From assembly GCA_964610875.1 (NCBI GenBank), contig CAZSWP010000006.1:36660-100659 (forward strand): a DNA stretch of 64,000 nt. The letters are read 5' to 3'. Positions 28,468 through 42,000 of this stretch are shown here, piece by piece. The translations under genes and the position numbers were made by a program. Within the stretch, counting starts at the first letter, position 1, and the number at the start of each line of letters is the position of its first letter. The stretch is from an uncultured archaeon (GTDB taxonomy: Archaea; Asgardarchaeota; Thorarchaeia; Thorarchaeales; Thorarchaeaceae). The notes beneath the pieces are model-generated. The model had not been told where the DNA came from. It saw nothing but the letters and a program-made list of their open reading frames with translations, and searched no databases.

Positions 28468-31400
28468 ATGAAAGCCACGGCAAAATCTCTCGTAATTATT
28501 ACAATTAGTTTATTCGTTGTTTCTCTTGCAATAACTCCTTCAAATATGGAGAATATCGGTTTTTCAAACGATACTGCTGAGAACAGCTTCATGCAAAAAC
28601 AGACTGTTGTTTCTGATGATCCTGACAACTATACGAAAGTTGTCTGGAATCAAGGGACATCTTCTGAAGAATTTCAAGATTCTTGGGAACATAGTAGATG
28701 GCTGTTTGGTCCATCTGTTACTTGATCAGTTCGAAATTCGACTACTGACAAGCTCATAAATATCGAGAACAAAACCGCAATCAATGGGTGGGCTGATTAT
28801 ATAGTCAAAGTTCCAAAGAACGCACTTCAAGGACAACCACCCTCTGGAATTGCCTTCGTAGGTCAATACCTAAACCTATCGGAAGCAGTGCAAGGATATA
28901 TGCCTGCAACATCAATCATGTTTGTCGCGGTATATGACATTCCTGAGAATTCATGGTATCTATATTCGACCAAGAACTCAACTGGTTTTGAGGAATCTGA
29001 AAGTAATGAAGAACCATCAATGAAAGGCACAACTCTTGGTCCTGCAGAAATTCCGTTTGAGGATATCTTTGGCACTCCGGTAGAACCATTCATGGAGATC
29101 AATCCAACAGGATCGGGTTATTTTGTTGGTCCTGAAAACATATGGACAAGATTTCAGTTGAAGTATAACACAAGCACTACCGTTGGTGTCTATGCATATC
29201 ATGCTGCTGCTTTAGATTCGAATATGCAAGCTTATGTTTATTCGAGAGATGATGAATTTGATATCCGTGCAGTCGGTATGACATTCGATGAAGCAGTTGA
29301 TATCGCTACAGGAGGTCAATATACCTGGGATAGGTACGATGATGACGGTAACCCAGTCTATTCTGCAACACGTGGTGTAGATTTCAATATGACTGCAAGT
29401 ATATCTGGTAGTGACCTTGATAATGTTACTGTGTTTATCGACTTACCAAATCAGGTTCAGGGGCAAGAACTGATTGATGGTCCATTCCCAGTGACTACTA
29501 CTGAATATGGTGGATGGCAATACGATCCAATTGCAAAAACGTATGTATGGAATGCTTCGTTAGAAATCGAACATACCGAGATGAGATTTGGACTTCACTG
29601 GGAAACGACTCAGACATGGTATGAGAACGGTGTAGAATTTGAGTATGATGAACCATATTGGGACGGTGACTCTTGGGAATGGCAAACAGCAACTGGGTGG
29701 GCTTGGGCTCAAGAAGCAATCGTCTACTGGTTCGGCAATGAAACGTTTGGTTATCTACTTGTATATACAACATACCTGCCCACTGAATTCATCGAAGACC
29801 CATCTAGTGATGAAGGAGGTTATTGGGAGTGGAATGAAGTATCAGTATTCTATGACTTTCCAACAGATGGTAGTGTCCCTCAACCCTACCATTTGAACAC
29901 ATCCACTAGTAGCTATAATAATGTCAATGGAGAACATGTCGTCACGTTCCGTGGCCATATTGGTGAGGACATGCTTCCGACTGGTGGCATGAATTCTTAT
30001 CCTCTTCAAGTTAGGGAGAAAGTATTTGCATACAATGGAAAACAACTTGTTCCATCGGCATATCTTCCAATTGCATCTCAAACTGAACAGCAATATTATC
30101 AATCACTACAATCTCTTGCAATTGAAACCCCAATTTCTGTAGTCAGGCTCCTGCATAAGGGCGAGCCCTATGACCCTTCATGGCTATTCTTGGTCGACCA
30201 GGAAGAAACTTTCACCGTTAAGGCGAGACTGCAAGGTGGTGCAGAATATGCTGACGACATTGATGGTGTAGCTCTGGTTCTGAGGGCTTGGGAAAATGAT
30301 TGGGGTTACAATGAAACTACATCATCCCATTGGTCACAATGGAGTGAGATTGAAATCTGGATGAGGGTTAATCCTCAGGGTCAGACTGATATCACTGTAT
30401 ACAACAGAACTGAGAGAGAGTCATGGGAATTCGGATATTCTTGGGTATGGGTAGAAACCTATCCTGGCGTTTGGGAACAGCAATACATTGAGGATTACTA
30501 CTGGTCGCATAAGGTCTGGAGTTTTGAAACAAACTCGTGGGTGGATTTTGTACCATATCGTAGTAATGCTACTGTCATGAATGTTGACTATGTTGAACTT
30601 GGCAACTTCACTTACGAATTGATTGGCAATGACCTTCGAACAATTTTCGATGTCACTGTTGATTCCACAATGCCAGATATGGAATGGCAATGGGACTACT
30701 ACTACGGGAATCTCACACTTGTTCCTGATTATGAATCTGGTTGGGGTGAACAGACGCATGTTGGTTGGGTGAAAGAACCAGTTTATTCCTACATGAACAT
30801 GACCTCAACTAATCCGAAAATCTATGCAGAAACCCCTCACCGTGGTGTGACTATGCGTGACAATGATACGGAAGTACTCTATCCCGCAGAAACATTTCCA
30901 TTCATCTTTTTGGACGGAAAAGAATATGATGTTAAAAAGATCTATGAATATGACTTCTATGGTGGTGTAACTGAAAGGGTTGTTTTCGAGGAATGGAACT
31001 CATCAGCCTATGATCCAATGACGGGTGGTTATACAGGGAACTGGGAGTACTACTACAGATTAGCCAAAAATGACAGCCGAATATACATCAAGACAGGTGC
31101 AAAAGCCAATATTTACAATGTATCACTACTTGGAGGAGCATGGTTTGAAGCGTACCGGGATTACTCTTCACCTATATGGTGGAGAAGTGACCTTGCTGGC
31201 TATGACTATGTGGTTGCCATCAATGGCACCCCAATTATTGGTCTTCATTCTGGTTTCTGGGATTCTGCAAACTTCACTCTTCTTGGAACAAGAGGTGGAA
31301 TAGAAGTTGGAAAGCAGATTTATGCAAATGAAACAATTCCCGTTTACCTACAATATGAGCCGATTTGGGATTTTGACCACTACATTCTGGTACTAAATGG

Positions 31401-34400
31401 TACAGGACAGGAACTTCATGTATGGGAGGAGTACTATGCTGAGACTGATGATTATTTCTATGTATATCACAACACAACCTCTGGTGAGGATTATTGGTTC
31501 TTCAATGGGGTATGGCCACAAAAGACATTCAGAATCTTCTGGGATGGCAAGAACTATCTCGTTGGAGAAAAATACACCAAGTTCTTAGCATATACAACCA
31601 TCAATGGCAATAATATGCAACTACCTACCCCTGGAGCGACCGATATCTATAGTATCTGGGACTTGAACACAAAAACACCAAAGAGAATCCGAGTAGAGAT
31701 AGATGGAGCTCTTCATCCTGCAATCAAATCTGGTATATATCATAATACGGAAGGAAATTATGATTATCAGTTCTATACAGCAACAGTCAATACAGTTACT
31801 TACAATCTGACCCTATACAGCTATGATGAATGGGAACCTTGGAATCCTGACCCCTATAATACATACGTCTGGCCTTGGGTGACTAAGGCGAATAACTCGA
31901 TTCGAATACCTGAATTGACTCACCATGACTGGACTGTAGCACATGGCCATAGAGATCCACAAACTTGGGAATTCGTTGTTGAGGGATACTTTGACCTAGT
32001 TTCCGGTTACTATGATGGCAATCCATCAAACAGTAGAATATGGGATGATGACCTTGGATATGAGTACGTCAATACAAGTACAGGTCAGCTTTTGAATTAC
32101 TCGCAATTTGAGCGTTTATTCCTATATCGTGTGGAATTTCCGAATGGAACTTGGTTCTATGCACCACATCCATGGGTTGAGGATGTTGCTGTTGATATGG
32201 GTGATTATTATGAAGTGATGTACTATTACATGTACAACATAACTGGTGATATGGTTACATGGACTAATTGGCAAGAATTGAATATCACTCTGGCAATTCC
32301 TAGTAATATTATCGTTGACCCAGATCCGTATAACAATACAATAACTGATTTCGAAATGGATCACTCTGACTGGTATCCCGTGTTTGAGTTCAATTATACA
32401 TATTGGGATATTGAAATGCAACAGTGGTACTGGTATTATGAATGGAATGTCGAACGTGATTGGTTCTGGGGACTACAAAACTCAACAGGTCATAGATTTG
32501 AAGTTGTTCCTTTGGATCAAGATCCAGAATTCCGGTATAACTTCCCGAGCTTCAACTTCACTTACGGAGCCACAGAGTATAATCTCACTGGCGCTCCAGA
32601 GATGATATACAAACAATTCACTTTCTGGGGTTACTCCAAGAAATTGGACTATGTTCCACTTCCAGTCACTATTATGAAGGAACAATGGTCTTTAATTGTT
32701 GGTGCTCCTAAGTGGGGAATGTGGGGCTTACAGTCATGGACAACCAATCCATCAAACGGTGCGATTGATTTGGATAGCAATCTTCAGACAACTGGTGACC
32801 AGTTCTTTGTAAGGAGTTCATTCAACAGTACTGACCTCTATAACATTACACAGGAATACATGGACGTATCGATTCTCTGGGAGCCAAATGCAACTATTTT
32901 TGGTGATGAATTCATCATCGAATCCAATATGGGAATGCAGACAGTGAATTGGACTTCAATGTGGGAGGACAATTACTACTGGTATAATGCTGAGACTGGT
33001 GAGCTCGTATCACCTGCTGAATGGGCAATGATCAATGCAACAGTCTTTGACGATGAAGGTAGACCGAATCCCGGATACTGGGATATGGCTTGGATGGCTG
33101 AGAACTTCACATCAGCTGACCTCAAAGCGATTGCTGAGGAGGAAGGCTGGGACTGGGCTGTCGAAGACTCGCAAGAGTGGAGTTGGGTCTGGTGGGAGAT
33201 GTACCAACACTACGGAACTGAAATAGTGAACGATACAGAAACAGAATACGTCTCGGTTGACGTGTGGTACGAATATGCAGGAATGTTCGCTTGGAATGAC
33301 ACAGATTCCAATGACGTGATGGACTATAATACTCCAACTGATTCAGAAGCGACCCATTACTGGCTACCCCGAGAAATAGGCGACATCAATTTCACAACTC
33401 CTGATGGAAGTCCATCTGGTGATGTGAATTTTACAGTAAATGATTCAATACCTTTCGGAGTGACCTTTACTGATGTTAATGGAACAGTATTCCCATTCGG
33501 TGACTATAGCTACTTTGATTGGTTTAGTGGCCAGTACTACGGTAGTAACTTGGCCACATTCGACGAACGTCCGACTAGTGCAAGTACCCAGGAGTTCAGT
33601 ATAGGTGCTATCTTCTCTGGCAATATCACAAACAGTGGTAACAATGTGGGTGAAGTGAAGTTCAACATGACAGTTGGCAACTGGGATGTTAATGCACCTG
33701 GTGGTCGTAATCTACTTGCTGGTAGATCTCTGGGTATTGCATTCTACAGTCATATTGCTATGCGTGATGATGCTGGTCAACCTTTAGTGACTCAGTATCT
33801 GGATGACCTTGGTCAGCCGCTTGGAGGTAATCAGACTACATCCTCTAGTACGTACAACATTTCAATGGGATTAGGAAATGTGGCCAGCATGAACCTAGGA
33901 GGTTCTCCGTATACATGGGCAAAAGTAGCGAGTGCCAACTACACAGTAGTTGATTCTCAAACAGTTCCATTCGGAGCATTCCAGGCTGCATATACCTCTC
34001 AGGCTGGTGGTAGCGCGACTTCATTCACTGTCATTGCAGCACACTTCTACACGTTGATCAATTTCAAGTGGTGGGATGGCTATGCTGTAACGGTGGACCC
34101 TGTCTTTGTGAGCTATTCGTCTAAGAGCGGTTCAAACGATGAGATTAATCCTTCAGTTGACAGTGTGTCAACAAATGTGCGGTATATTGACAATAATGAA
34201 CGCCTATACTTTGAAGTTGCAGCGAGTGATGCAGGGTCGGGTGTGGCTGAGGTGCGTGTCATGGACCAAAGTGATTCCTTCAATACTACTTTGACATACA
34301 ATGGTGATATTGGAAAGTATGTTGGCTATGTTGAGATGAAAGGAACTAATCCCTATACCTTTGAATACGATGTCATTGCGCTTGACTATGCATTTAATGA

Positions 34401-35805
34401 AAATGGTACTGGGGTCAACTCTCACACATTCTATAATGACCAAGACAAACCAAGTATCACTAATATCGGAGTGAGTCAATCGGACCCACTACAGAGTTCA
34501 ATTACGATCTCTGCAAATGTCGAGGATATTGGTGTGTCTGATATCGACTATGTTGAAGTCTATCTTATCAACTCAGAATCAACAGTTCCTATGACTTATG
34601 ATTCGGGTAGTGGGAAATATGAGGCAAGTATACCCCGTTCGTCCGGATGGGTCTACACGTTAGCATATAGAATCCGTGCATATGACAATGCAGGAAATAT
34701 GAAGAGGACTTCAGAGCTTAGCTATCAATTCAAGGACATTGAGGCTCCATCACTAACGGATGTCACGGCAACAAAGACAGAAACTGATGGTAATGAAACT
34801 GCGTTTATTCGAGCCACAGTGACTGAGGTAGGTGGTTCAACAGTTTCTTCAGTTCAGTTGACCTACACTATAGCTGGATCTCAGACTGTTGTAGCTATGC
34901 AGAAGGAAACTGGAACATCTCGATACAATTACACTATCCCGAATCAAAATCCTGGTACATGGGTGTATTACACCATTACTGCTACCGATAGCGAGGGTAA
35001 TAGCTTCACAACATCTGAGGCTACTTACCAATTCTCGACTGAAGGTGATTCTGCTCCTGGAATGGGTGCACCCACAGCGTATCCAACAAGTCCAACATCA
35101 TCGGATACTGTTACAATAAATGTGACAGTGAATGATGATTTTGGAATCAAAAATGTCACACTCTACTACAAAGTTGATAGTGGTAGTTGGAATGAAGTGG
35201 CAATGACTGCTGATGGTTCTACCTATTCAGCAGATATTCCAGCTCAAGCCGATGGTTCGGTTGTAACGTACTACATGGTTGCTTATGATAGCATTGACCA
35301 GATGACACAGTCAGACGAGTACACCTATACTGTAAGTGATGGTGACCAGACAGCACCTCAGATCACATCCGTATCGATTGACATCGCTCAACCGACATCA
35401 TCTGATAGTGTTGTAGTCACTGCTGTGGTTAGTGATAATGTAGCTATAGACAACGTGACTCTCTACTACAAAGTTGATAGTGGTTCCTATGTATCTGTAT
35501 CAATGAGTGGTTCTAGCGGTACTTACACTGGCACAATACCTGCACAAGCCGATGGTTCGGTGGTGACCTACTACATACGCGCATATGACACATCAGGAAA
35601 TTATGTAGATTCAACCGAATCATCTTACACTGTTGAAGATGAGGAATCAACAACCACTGAAACTACTGACACATCTACTGAAACAACAGACACAGGACCA
35701 ACCAGCCCTGAAATCCCATTCGAAACAATGACAATGTTGATTCTCGCTGGCGGTGCGGCAGTTGTTCTAGTCATCATTGCTGTGATGGTGAAGCGCAGAA
35801 GATAA
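28468..35805 (+). CDS. Giant Trp/Tyr-rich surface protein A (2445 aa if read through), with one in-frame TGA at 28723-28725
   Basis: ORFs 28468-28725 and 28888-35805 share a frame with a single stop between them; signal peptide, WEHSRWLFGPS motif shared with paralog B, C-terminal Ig modules, Thr linker, TM helix plus KRRR. Confidence 0.8.
35161..35576 (+). repeat. 300-bp-period intragenic tandem duplication (100-aa Ig module)
   Basis: CTCTACTACAAAGTTGATAGTGGT at 35161 and 35461; CAAGCCGATGGTTCGGT at 35245 and 35545. Confidence 0.85.
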
Positions 35806-35811
35806 TTTTGT

Positions 35812-35860
35812 AGCGGGAGCAATCCCGCTTCTACTTCTTTTTTCTAATTTATTTTTTTAT
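35812..35860 (+). terminator. GNRA-loop hairpin plus U-tract
   Basis: AGCGGGA-gcaa-TCCCGCT then tctacttctttttt. Confidence 0.7.
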
Positions 35861-36046
35861 CTCATATCATTAGGATAATTCATGAAATTGCGCAAAAACG
35901 ATTTATTGGAACGGGTTCATGCGCAGATACCTTATATTCGTTTTTTTCAGGATATTACCAGCAAAGAAAGCAGTACGCGCGCCTTTGTATCGTTCTACAA
36001 TGGACTAGTCTATAGCTTGGCCTTTACACCAAATTCTGAATGAGAG

Positions 36047-39000
36047 ATGGTGCGCTCGGAGATGAAAAATTATATGCAAATACGAGAAAGAAAACGAGCA
36101 TTCATCTCACTAGTTGCTGTTGCATTATTCTTCTTTTCAACAATCTACGTAAGTAATACTGCGTTACTGCCTACTACTTCTGATGATAGCTTACGTAATG
36201 TCGCTGTATCCAATGATACACCCGAATGGGTTGATACAGCTTATAGTGCACAAGACCAACAGGTTGGTAATGATGTGTACTGGAATCAAGATGCAAACAG
36301 TACTAGCGATGAATGGGAGTGGGAACACCGTAATTGGTTATTCGGTCCGTCGCCGGAATATTACATATATCATGAAAACGGCTCATTACTGACCGATGAC
36401 AGTTATGCGGAGATTAATGAAGATTTAACATTCTATGCAGTTATTCCAAAGAGTGTCTTTGGAAATAAAGATACAGACTTAGCTAGACTGAATTTCAATG
36501 GATGGTATATCTCTCAGAATTGGTCTGAATATAATGCGAATTTCGACTTTTCTGTTGATATGCAATTCAGGAATTTTGAAATTGATCCTGCTGTACCAAC
36601 TTCTTCTGACACTGTAACCGTTTCTGTTGATGTTTCAGGTAGTAATATCCAATATGTTTGGATTAACTATTGGACGGAAAATGGTGGTTCCTTCAATGAA
36701 GAAATGTCATTTGTAAGTGGAAGTACATGGGAGTATACAATTCCTGCATATCCAGATGGTGAAGAAGTATTTGTCAGATTTGACATGCAGACCACTGAAG
36801 ACTGGTGGTACAGCTCTGGAGAAACATCCTATATCGTTGGTTCAGGAGCAACTGGTGATATTTTGCGTTGGGATGTATGGAGTAGTGAGTATAATGCTTC
36901 ACTACAGGACCCTTGGGGATATGAACCGTACATTGATTTCAATTATGATAAATCGAATGTCACTGAAGATTCTGAAATGTACTATGTTGCCTTTAATGTG
37001 GCTTTCAATGACGGAGCTCCAATAGGTCTCTTCGAATTGAACTACAACTTTGTAGACTCCACTGGTAACTGGTATGATAGTTGGAGTTTTGGTAATTCGT
37101 ATGAAATGCAGTTCATAGCAGTTGGTATTCCTCCTGATGATGCTTGGTCATATTCGAGGGGAGGTAAATATACTCTTGAGAAAATTGATTTAGAAGGAGA
37201 TACCCTTTATTCTGCAAGCCGAAATACTGACTTTACCATGAGATTCAATGTTTCTGGTGCTGACCCTGAATATATACAACTCGGATTTAGAGTTCCGAAT
37301 TGGTTAGAAACTTGGGTGAATGTCACTGGATGGCATCAAGAACTTGTCACTGAACAAGGTGGCTGGGTCTATGATAATACTCTGGACACCTATGTGTGGA
37401 ACGCTAGCATTGAAGTGAGTTACATGAAGGAAGTCTATGGTCCTTATCAAGAGCGTAGGTCAACTGAAATAGGTACTCACATGGAAGAAACATTCTATCA
37501 TCTTGAATGGAATGAAACCCACGGATATCATGTTAAAGAGTATACATGGTGGATCGAGAAGCAATTCTTCTTTGTCTACAACCATACAACTGAATCCTTT
37601 GACACGTTCTATGGATACCAATACTGGGGTTACAGATATCCTACATACCAACAGGAGCTACAGGAGTATAATGAGGAGATATGGGTCTACGAACCAATCC
37701 CTGCTGAAGTTCCAATCTTCTACGAACTTAACACTAGTGAATGTAGTGCAGTCAAAACTGATAAATGGTTGACCGTGAGTTTTGTTGGCCATTTCACTGA
37801 CAAGATGCCAAAGACTACTGAATACTATTCATTCTGGTTTGATGACGTGGTCATGGGACCAGATAATTGGCACTATTGGCCTGACACTTGGGGCGATGGT
37901 GCCCTTCAGACATATTCTGAGTATGAAATAGCCAGAAAAATAGCAGTAGAAACGCCAGTAACTATCGCCAAGATTCTCTTAGAAGATGGTACAAGTCCTG
38001 GTGGCTGGATGATGGCAGTCGAAAAGAATGAGAACTTCATGGTAAGAGGTCGTCTTCAAGGTGGCAGTGATGTTTCAACTGATTTGGATGGTTCACGATT
38101 CACCCTTACAGCTTGGGACAGTTATTGGAGTGAAGAGGAGACTCGTTGGTCAAGATTGAACTATGAGATAAACGTGGATCGAAATGGAATTCCACACCTC
38201 AAAGCATACAACTACACTCAGAAGAACAACTATACATATGGAACATACTGGGACTGGGCTGAAGTTGAGGTTGAAGGTTGGCATTATGTCTATGATTCAG
38301 CAACAAACACCTGGGACTGGGAATATGGTAACTTCACAGAATGGCAATGGGTAGAACTTGAGGGTTGGCATTGGCAGTGGTGGTACTATAACCAGAAGAC
38401 TGGCGAATGGCAAACTCAGTGGATTCAAGAAAAAAGTGAGTTCACAAAGGTGCCAGCAACTTTTGCTCAAGTGACAGCTTACAATGAATGGCATGATGGT
38501 GGGGACTTCTTTGTATCCTTCCTGGTAAACATGAGCTCCACAGTTCCTGACACCAACTACTGGTGGGACTTTGCATTCATGAACAATACATGGTATGAAG
38601 ACTACAGCAGTGAATGGGGTCTACATGAAATCGAATCATGGAATAGAGAATGGACATATTCATTCCTCTCTTCCGGTGAACGTGTATATGTGGATATGTT
38701 CGAGCATAATCAGCTTGCATACTACAACGATACTCTTTGTCTTAACGAGGGCGTAGATTTCCTTCTAGGGAGAGAAGCCCCCTATATCGAATTAAAGGGT
38801 GAGAAACTTCCAGTTAAAGTGATTGAGAACTACGATCCTTGGAGTGGCCAGACATACGATAACATCTTCTTCTATGATCACTATGATCACTTAACACAGA
38901 AGGATGTGTACAGATATGACTTGACGAATGGATCCTCTGTTGAAGTCCAGTATGACAATGTGATGCATATCTACAATGTCACACTTGGTACTGGTGAATC

Positions 39001-42000
39001 GTTCTTATCAGGTCAGAAATGGTCTAGAAGCTACTACTACAACAGTCAGTACTACTACTATTGGATGGACATTGATGGAAACATCTACCAAGGAACAAGT
39101 TGGGATAACTATGCCGATTACAGTCCTTTGGTATCAGTTGAGATACATGAAAGGATAACACTGGATTCTGAACCATGGCATCTAGAAGAATGGTTTGTAC
39201 GATATGGTGCAACAAACGTTCTGTGGCTAGCTGAACACTGGCGTTGGGATAGTCGCACTGGTACGTACTTCATGACAGATGTGGATGGTGCTCTCTACGA
39301 GTTGGATTACAACTCAAATGATGGTTACTACTACACTACAATTGGTGGGACCTATCAAAGAGTATCATGGCCTCAACACTATTTCGCAGTGGATTATGAA
39401 GGATCAACTGCTATCATCTTTACATGGGATATCCATCGGTATTTCTACACTGAAATTGATGAGGTGAAATACGAGATGCCATATCCTGGTGCTAATGCGA
39501 ATTATCACTGGGACATGGAAAATACCGAGAGTAAAGGTGGAAAAGTTCCATCCTCCAAGTCTGTTTGGTACAACGGAGCTTATAGAGCGATCTATAATGA
39601 TACTGTTGACCCATACATCTACTGGCTAGATTATGGTGGAGTTTCATACGAACTCTACGAGTCACCAGAAATTCATTCGATGGCAAATGGTACACATATC
39701 TGGAATCCAGATACTGTCGGTTGGACCATTCAGTCGGGCACCTATGATGAATACTTCACATTCACATTCAAGGAAATGTTAAACTACACAGTTGGTAATT
39801 CTTGGGGTGATCCTGACTATGATGATGTACATGATGAATACTATGTTACATTGACCAATGGTACAGTGATGATTGTTGAAGACAATAGGCAGACCCGAGT
39901 CTTTGAGTATAATCTTGATGGAGATATCTTCAATTCCACAAATGAATATCCTCGATGGTTCGATAATGGCAATGAGTCATTCAACTACTTTGTGGATATT
40001 GATGGCAACTGGCATAATTTGACAAACTGGTACCGTCCACCAACTGAGAATGCATATCTTGTAGAAGTCATTTACAATGGTTCGTTTAGCTACTTTGAGC
40101 TTGACGGAACAAATTACAGCTACACCCATGATTCATGGCTGCTGTTCACTTGGTTGTTTACCAATAACGATACATCTGATACAATAAACAGCATTCAAGA
40201 CCCGTGGGGAAGAAAGAAGCCAATACTGCAGTTTGACTATAGAGGTACTATGGTCAATGCGACACCTTCTCTAGAGAACATCTACAAGCTGAGAATGCGT
40301 TGGGGTCATGAGATGGTCTATGGACTTACTCCAATTGAGAGTACACTCTATAAGAACTTCAATGACCTTGTCATAGGGAATCCTGAGTGGGGAATGTGGG
40401 GCGTCAAGAAATGGACTACGAATCCAGATAATGGTGCTCTTGACCTTGATGGAGACCTAGACACAACTGAAGACCAATATTATGTCATGGAATCCTACGA
40501 ATCCAAAGACAGTTGGACTCATGAATGGGACTTCATGGATGTCAGTCTGATGTGGAATCCAAATGCTACAGCTTGGGGCGATGAAATGAATGTTCACTCA
40601 TGGATGGGTGTCAATACCTTCACCTGGACTTATGAGTGGAATCAGACCTTCTTCTGGTACTATGCAGATGACATGACTCCTCTGACCCCTACTGAGATGG
40701 CTGATATTCAAGACATTGTATTGAACGAAGAAGAGGACCCACGACCTGGTTATTGGGACATCGCGTGGATGGCAAAGAACGTTACATGGCAAGACCTACT
40801 ACAAGAAGCTGAAGAGAATGGTTGGGACTGGATCTCTGATGAGGGACAGACCTGGACATGGCTCAGCTTTGGAATAGGACAGAACTATGGTACTGACTAT
40901 TGGGACGAAGTAAATCAGCAGTATTCTTACCTTGGTGTAGGAATGCACTATGAGTTCAGTGGTCTCATGATCTGGGAAGATTTCAATGAGAATGGTCTCA
41001 TGGATGTAGATTTGACCGATCCTGGTAGTGGTGAGCTAAGCCATTATCTCATACCAGATAACGTTGAGAGCGTTAGCTTTGTGACTCCAGGTGAAGCATA
41101 TGGCAACTATAACCAATCTGACAGTATTTTCCTCAATATCACCGATGAGGTGACTTGGGGTGTTACATTCTCAAATGTGAACGGAACAGTATTCCCATTC
41201 ACCTTGAATGGATATTGGGGCTGGTATGATGAGGTTGCTTCAGGATCTGACATGAGAACATTCGATGAACGACCTACTAAGGTCACAATTAATGAGATCT
41301 CATTCTTGGTTCATTTCCAAGGCTATCTCAATGAGACTGAAGGTGGAAATAACTACGCAACAATAAAGGTCGACAATTACATTGGCGACTGGAGTGTTCA
41401 CATGCTTGGTGGTCGTGCCAATCTAGAGAATAGATCACTTGCATTGAACTACTTTGCAGATGTTACCCTCCAAGGTCATACCTTTTCTGTGAAAGCTAAT
41501 GGGACTGAAGCAAACGCAGAGTCCTCTGTGAGTTCATCGAATTTCAACCTTGCATCTGCCCAGACAAATGCTCAGTTCGCTGAGATGATTATGGGTGGTG
41601 TGGCCTATGATTGGGGCAAGAACATGTCCTCGCGATATGATGTGCTGAGTTACACAACACCAGTCGGAACATTCCGTACTGCTTTCGAATCCGAGTCTGG
41701 TAAGTCAGCTTCAGCATGGTCATTCTCATCGACTATGTTCTATGTGACCATTGGCTTCCCGTATTGGGATGGCTACAGCGTCTATCAAGACCCTGTGTTC
41801 GTGAGTTATACATCCAGTCAAGGAATGCAAGCTGGTCCTGGTGGTCTTAGTTTCGGTACCTTCAGTATCGACCCGGCAATCCCAACTGCAAGCGATTCTG
41901 TTACTGTCAGTGTCGATATCTACTCTAATGATCCACTTAACCAAGAGGACTTAGAGTTGTTGTATTGGGTTGGCGGTGATAGTCCTACCTCAACTGAGAT

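Noticed and set aside
35640-35700. Thr-rich ACN repeats here and at about 48275-48350 as possible CRISPR or DGR repeats
   Set aside because: They are low-complexity coding linkers before TM anchors; no repeat-spacer periodicity and no cas or reverse transcriptase gene was seen.
35880-35925. ATGA...AAAA stem downstream of the TGA-containing gene as a possible SECIS
   Set aside because: The stem is short and there is no 3' GA to complete the non-Watson-Crick quartet; it also lies beyond the terminator hairpin.
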